DNA of 55,981 bases, the filler included, from Dugesia japonica (taxonomy: Eukaryota), in the NCBI GenBank assembly GCA_001938525.1. It is 4 parts of 4 records of this genome, joined end to end, with 100 filler letters (N's around TTAATTAATTAA, not from the genome) between each part and the next. Parts side by side here need not be neighbours in the genome. Positions count along the whole stretch, not along the records: positions 44,835 to 55,981 come from MQRL01596235.1; 3 more parts are not named here. One strand, 5' to 3'. Under the pieces are notes generated by a model. The model saw only the letters and a list, made by a program, of their open reading frames with translations, was not told the origin of the DNA and searched no databases. The translations under genes were made by a program, and so were the position numbers. Each line of letters begins with the position of its first letter. The first letter of the stretch is position 1. Below are positions 50,637 through 55,981 of this stretch, one piece after another.

Positions 50637-53600
50637 TAACTGTGTCTTTATTTCATTTACATTTATGGATAATTATAATTATCTTTAGTTTTACTTGTTG
50701 AAAACAAAGCAATAAAAATCTTTTATTTTTTAACATTTTATTTTGAATTGAACTAGTTTAATTATTTATTTTGACTTTTTCTAAAGATGAACATTTTTTT
50801 TTATGTAAACGTATGTGAAGTTTAAAAGATGAATATATATTTATTTAAATGTAAATGTCCTGGCAATATGTGCTCAATCTGATGAGAATAAAATCAGTTA
50901 ATTTCCTGTAGCGGTAAATTAAGAGAGTTTGGTAAGACAATGATTTATTTCGATCTGAGTCGTTTAAGTTCAACAATAATATTTATAATTCTAGTTAATA
51001 AAAATAAATAACAAATGAACACAATAAAACTCAAAAATTTATTTTCAATTATGACAAATAACCGCAGACTTCTTATAAAAATTATTCCCAGTTTAATAAT
51101 AATTTTACACGTCTTTATTAGGCGAAGCCTTATGAAGCACAGAGTAATTCAAGATACAATTGCTCAAAAATATACAAACGTTGTCCGTCACCATTTTGTA
51201 TCAACGCATAAATGAAAAAGATGGATGAATGGGAAAAGAATTTATTATTACTTTCAAATACAGCCCAGATTATTAGAAAATCTGCGTATTTGTTATTTTG
51301 ATTTTAAACCAAATGATTTTAATTTTAATATCCTAACTTGATCGATTTTGATCAAGGTTATTATACTTTACAATTTAAATTTTCAAATTGGAGTATAATC
51401 TTATTTAATTTTGTAATTTTATAATAATAAAATTTACCTATCGCAATTGCGAAATTCCAAATTAAAATCCAATCTTAATTGATTATCTAGTAAATTCCAA
51501 CAACGATGTAAGCTGAATTTCAATTGCAAATTCAATCAGTAATTCAAATCTAATTAGTTTCTGTGTTTTTGTGTATAAACAATTTTTTATTTTTATAAAT
51601 TTGTGACCAATAAAAATAATTACTGATTTTAGCTTTGCCATTAAAATAAATTACCATAATTAGATACTATCTATTTCTGGTAATTATTAAATTACTAAAT
51701 TTACCTATTTTTAAATATAAATTACTATTTTTGGTAATTATTTTTTAATTATTATTTAAAATCCTATTTTTAGTATTTTAATATATTTTAATTCTATTTT
51801 TATTAATTTCTTAATTTTTCTATTGTATGANTTAATTTAGAATTAATTATTATCAATTATTATCCATAATACTCTATGTTTGTACAATAAATGAAACTGG
51901 GACAGGATTCACTCGAACCCTCACACGTATAACGATGTGTGCATAACATAGTGATCATAAATACGCATGGATAATTCTTAATATTTGCACTTAATATATC
52001 ATACGTTGTAATGATAAAATATCATAGGCATTTGATGTAAATATAAGGATTGAAAATAAATTATTTCTGTTTAAATTATATTTAATTTGATTAATTTATA
52101 AAACCCCTTCTTATTGTAACTTTTTTGCTTTGTAACTGCTGCGTATATTTGTTTCTGAGGTCCATGACAAGCTGAAGTAACTTTCCGATTGTATTTTAAC
52201 GTTAAAACTGGTCATTTTTAATGTACTTAATATATCATATTTAACCATTTATACCATATTTAACATTTTTGTACCACCAAAATTGGGTCTTCTACGCCCA
52301 ATTTTCATTTTCAGTATTTTCCTAAAGATGCCATAATGATTATTATAATAATAATTACATAATAATAATGCTAATAATAATAATAAAATTTTTCTTGATA
52401 ATATTTTCTGGTTCAATTCACCTTCATCCTTAATTTTCTCATTCGTCGTTATTATGTTCACACTGTTTCATTTTTGATTTCTTATCAATTCTATTGTGTT
52501 CCAACCCAACATTATGATTTTTGATAATTTGCCTGCGTACTTCTCTAGTCTAAATAGAGAGCTTAATTTCATTTTTTTCGTCCTCATTTAAATCTTTTAA
52601 GAGGTCTAAAACTTCTATAGTTGAAGACCGGGAGATAAAATATTACCTTGTAAATAATCATTGAATATCAATAAAAATATTTAAAATAAATCTTTTATTT
52701 AATTACATAAGGAACACTATATAGCGTATTTATACGATATTGTTATATTTATATTAATACTATTAAGGAAGGACGTATATAAAATATATTGGATTTCGTA
52801 TTTAAACTCTATAAAACTAAACTCACGATCTTGCTGATTTACTTTTGCAAAATCCCAAAGACATCTTAACAAAAAATTAACAATGAAATTTAACTTGGTG
52901 AATACGCTATTTGTCGAATGGTTTGCCTAAATGATTTACACCATGTATAAATTAGATCTTTCTATCATTTTAGAACGCTAGAGTTTGTAACAATTACAAA
53001 AGCAAATTAATAACTCGATTTTACAGTTATAATTTACTTTGNAAAAAAATTATTAGTATTTTCAAATATTTTAATTTAATTCTNTTATCGATAAGTTATT
53101 GTATTTAATTTCCAAGTTTGTGATTTTACTACAAGGAAATGTAATACCATGATCATTGGTTTATTGAACTAATCTAGACATGTAAGATTTTTCAAATACC
53201 AATTAAATATCAAATATAGAAATTAAGCAGTTAAAATTTTCTATTGTGGTTAAGGGAAATGTTAATCGAGCTTTAAAAATAAAATCTTAATCATGAATTC
53301 GAAGTAAATTAATGGTTAAGTTTAAAATTTACACTTTTATATAATTTTTTAATTTAAATATAAATTATTGAAGTTTAAAATTTAAGTTAAATGCATTTGG
53401 CAATTTTTTAAAAATTATAATTAATTATAGAAAAGATTAAATTTTAATACAATTTTAAAATATAATTTTAAATGTAAAATGAAGTTGTTTTTTTCCTTTA
53501 GTTAAAATTCAACAATGGATTTTAATCTAGTTTAAGTTTTAGATAATTTATTAAGTGAAAAAACTTTGTTTTAAAATATAATTCATTTTGAAATTAAATT

Positions 53601-53735
53601 AAAATTGTTTTTTTTAAACAATCATTAAAATAGATTAATTTGTATTAAATAATAATTTATTAATTCTGAATAACGATATTAATTTTAGATTTTTCAATTA
53701 AAAATTGTACATAGAACTTATTAATTTAATCAGCA

Positions 53736-54719
53736 ATGAACGGAGGTTTGAAGGTTTCTAGATCAGATAGTATTAATTATAATTCACTTAAAAGAAAATC
53801 TTCATGCCTATATACGAACTCTAAATCGAAAATTCCAAAAGAAAATGAATTTGAAGTAGTAAATTCATTTGAATCACACATAAATATGAATAAAATTAAC
53901 GAGAGTTATGTAAGTGAAAGTATGACAACTTCTGATTCTCCATTTGCAGAATCCTTGAATTCTAATTTGTGCGCTACAGATGATGTATTAGCATTCGAAT
54001 ATGTTGCTCCAATTGATCTTCCAAAAAAATATGAATACAAAGTTACCGAAATTTATCAAATAGGGTTTCAAGTAGGTGATACTGATAGGATATATCTACC
54101 AAATGTACTGGATTTTCAAGATGTTTCTTATCAATATCAGTCAAACATACAATTAAATGAAAACACAGTAAATCAAATATGGAATGATATGACTCCCATG
54201 ATATTAAGCGCAGATTATCAAGTGGAATATAAAGGGATACAGCAACAAGGCATGCAGCATTTAGAGGATTATCTTGCAACTAATTTGGAAACTATTATTA
54301 CTAAATCTAGAGTACAAGAGAAGCAATCAATGATGTCTTCCTATAAAAGAATTATTGAATTACGACGTAATATGTTTCGCATGATTTCAAAATTATTTTC
54401 TGAATTAAAGTTTTCCTCTAAATTTGATCCGTTAACTCAAGATATTGACAGATTAATTGATCACTTTATTATTTTATTATCATGTTGCCTGACATCAAAT
54501 CGTGATGACTATATCAAATTGATTCAACAAATTCCAGATCGCGATTCACTAGATCCTGTTGTCGTTCTGTACAAAGATTTAAATATGTATCATAAAGAAT
54601 TACAGCTTAAATGTCTCAGATTAATTAAATTATTTATGCCGAAATTGGAATTACCTTCTGAATTCAGTGTCAGTACTGATTTAAATCATTTAATTCAAAG
54701 AATTTGTTCGGTTAATTAA
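53736..54719 (+). CDS. Intronless 327 aa protein of unknown function (Ser-rich N-terminus, helical C-terminus)
   Basis: 984 bp uninterrupted ORF that stands out from extremely AT-rich flanks. Confidence 0.8.
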   Translation: MNGGLKVSRSDSINYNSLKRKSSCLYTNSKSKIPKENEFEVVNSFESHINMNKINESYVSESMTTSDSPFAESLNSNLCATDDVLAFEYVAPIDLPKKYEYKVTEIYQIGFQVGDTDRIYLPNVLDFQDVSYQYQSNIQLNENTVNQIWNDMTPMILSADYQVEYKGIQQQGMQHLEDYLATNLETIITKSRVQEKQSMMSSYKRIIELRRNMFRMISKLFSELKFSSKFDPLTQDIDRLIDHFIILLSCCLTSNRDDYIKLIQQIPDRDSLDPVVVLYKDLNMYHKELQLKCLRLIKLFMPKLELPSEFSVSTDLNHLIQRICSVN

Positions 54720-55276
54720 TATTGTAATTAGTCGAATTCACTTTTGTATTGTAAAAAAAATTATATTTTCTAGTTATGGCTTTAATTGTGTGTTTTTTTT
54801 TGCTTGAATGTTAAATTAAAAATTGACATATTATCCGAGGTGTTAATTGAAATGCTGAAATCATTATTTANNNNNNNNNNNNNNNNNNNNNNNNNNNNNN
54901 NNNNNNNNNNNNNNNNNNNNNNNNNNNNNNNNNNNNNNNNNNNNNNNNNNNNNNNNNNNNNNNNNNNNNNNNNNNNNNNNNNNNNNNNNNNNNNNNNNNN
55001 NNNNNNNNNNNNNNNNNNNNNNNTGAAATTTTTGACATTATAACGGTACTACGTGCACGCGAGTTATTTATAGCATTTTGCTAAATTTAAAATTTGCTGA
55101 AATCAAGTCCAAATTGTAATTTTTTTCTAATGATTCTAGGAAATTTACTCGATCTGATAAATTTTACCCCTGCTTGCGTGTTATTTTCAAATTAAGAAGA
55201 CAACGGTTCGAAAACTAGTTTTAATTTCTTTTACAATAATTAAATTATACTTTCAACGATTTAATAGTAATTATAT

Positions 55277-55780
55277 CAGTGATTCCCAGCCTGGGCGAAG
55301 GGGGCGCCTTACCTAAATTTGGTTTATGGAGGGCGATTTTCCAAACTAAAGGGGCGTCGATTTTAATAAAAAATTCAATTATTCTTTTAAACTTTAATTT
55401 TATTAATGTGTTAACAATTACAAGCCGTTTACAATAATTCACTTGCAAAATAATGGTGAGGCTTTTTCTTATCGGCAAGATACTATTGAAGTCTTTTGGA
55501 TTAAAAATAGAAATCAATTCCAATTTTTATGGAATGAAATTAAACTTTTCATTTTGGCTTTTCCAATTTTATATTTAGTTGAGAGAATATTCAGTGTTGT
55601 AACTCAATTACTTTTTAAGCAAAGAAATCTATTACTAATATGTGAAATGGTGATTTAAGATCAATCCTATTATGTTTTGAACCAAATTTAAATGAATTCG
55701 CTGAATTTCATCCACCTCGTTTAAAATTATTTGGCAGTTTAGTTATTTTTACTAATATAACTTTGTGTTGAGATACTTTG
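55277..55780 (+). mobile_element. Deleted hAT (Charlie/Buster-like) element
   Basis: Starts with cagtgattccc. Encodes LWNEIKLFILAFPILYLVERIFS...KQRNLL (hATC dimerisation domain). Confidence 0.75.
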
Positions 55781-55981
55781 GGGGATTATTACCAAAATAA
55801 ATCAACAGTGCGTGAGTTTGAAACAATTGATTTTAATAATTATGATAATCCCAATATATTAGAGTTATAGATTTCCCTTATATGCCTTAATATTTCTAAT
55901 ATAGATATGATAATATTTATAAATATACTATATAGTAGCCCTTATATAATAAATTCAAAAATTAACCTTTTAAAAAAAAGC

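Noticed and set aside
50879-50905. CTGATGA box (others at 33961, 12345, 3487)
   Set aside because: No stem II followed by GAAA and no stem I.

Overview
Very AT-rich eukaryotic (metazoan) draft-genome scaffold, with N gaps and artificial TTAATTAATTAA contig linkers. The 40-50 nt introns, AAT satellites and gene content suggest a flatworm such as a planarian (inference). Host genes reconstructed by hand from splice sites: (1) a choline-transporter-like SLC44 gene on the minus strand (six exons, 2186-10981) that is absent from the ORF track; (2) a six-exon LIN54/tesmin CRC-domain gene (18009-19613) with an extra acidic + AT-hook tail; (3) an eight-exon SLC3A/4F2hc-type heavy chain (minus, 23847-29783); (4) two intronless orphan ORFs of 370 aa and 327 aa. 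Most of the remainder is decayed mobile DNA: Tc1, maT, mariner, hAT, MULE, Harbinger MITE, Gypsy and RTE. The most interesting items are: (a) an endogenous Polinton/adintovirus-like remnant (about 11.9-15.4 kb) with a protein-primed PolB, a capsid-like fragment, a tandemly duplicated membrane-protein gene and palindromes between convergent genes; (b) two copies of a short element carrying a minimal type I hammerhead ribozyme, one with an inverted arm that ends at the predicted cleavage site; (c) a ~4.8 kb GC-richer block (31.3-36.1 kb) holding a decayed, spliced coiled-coil gene, possibly part of a giant LTR element. All family assignments come from motif recognition, not database searches.
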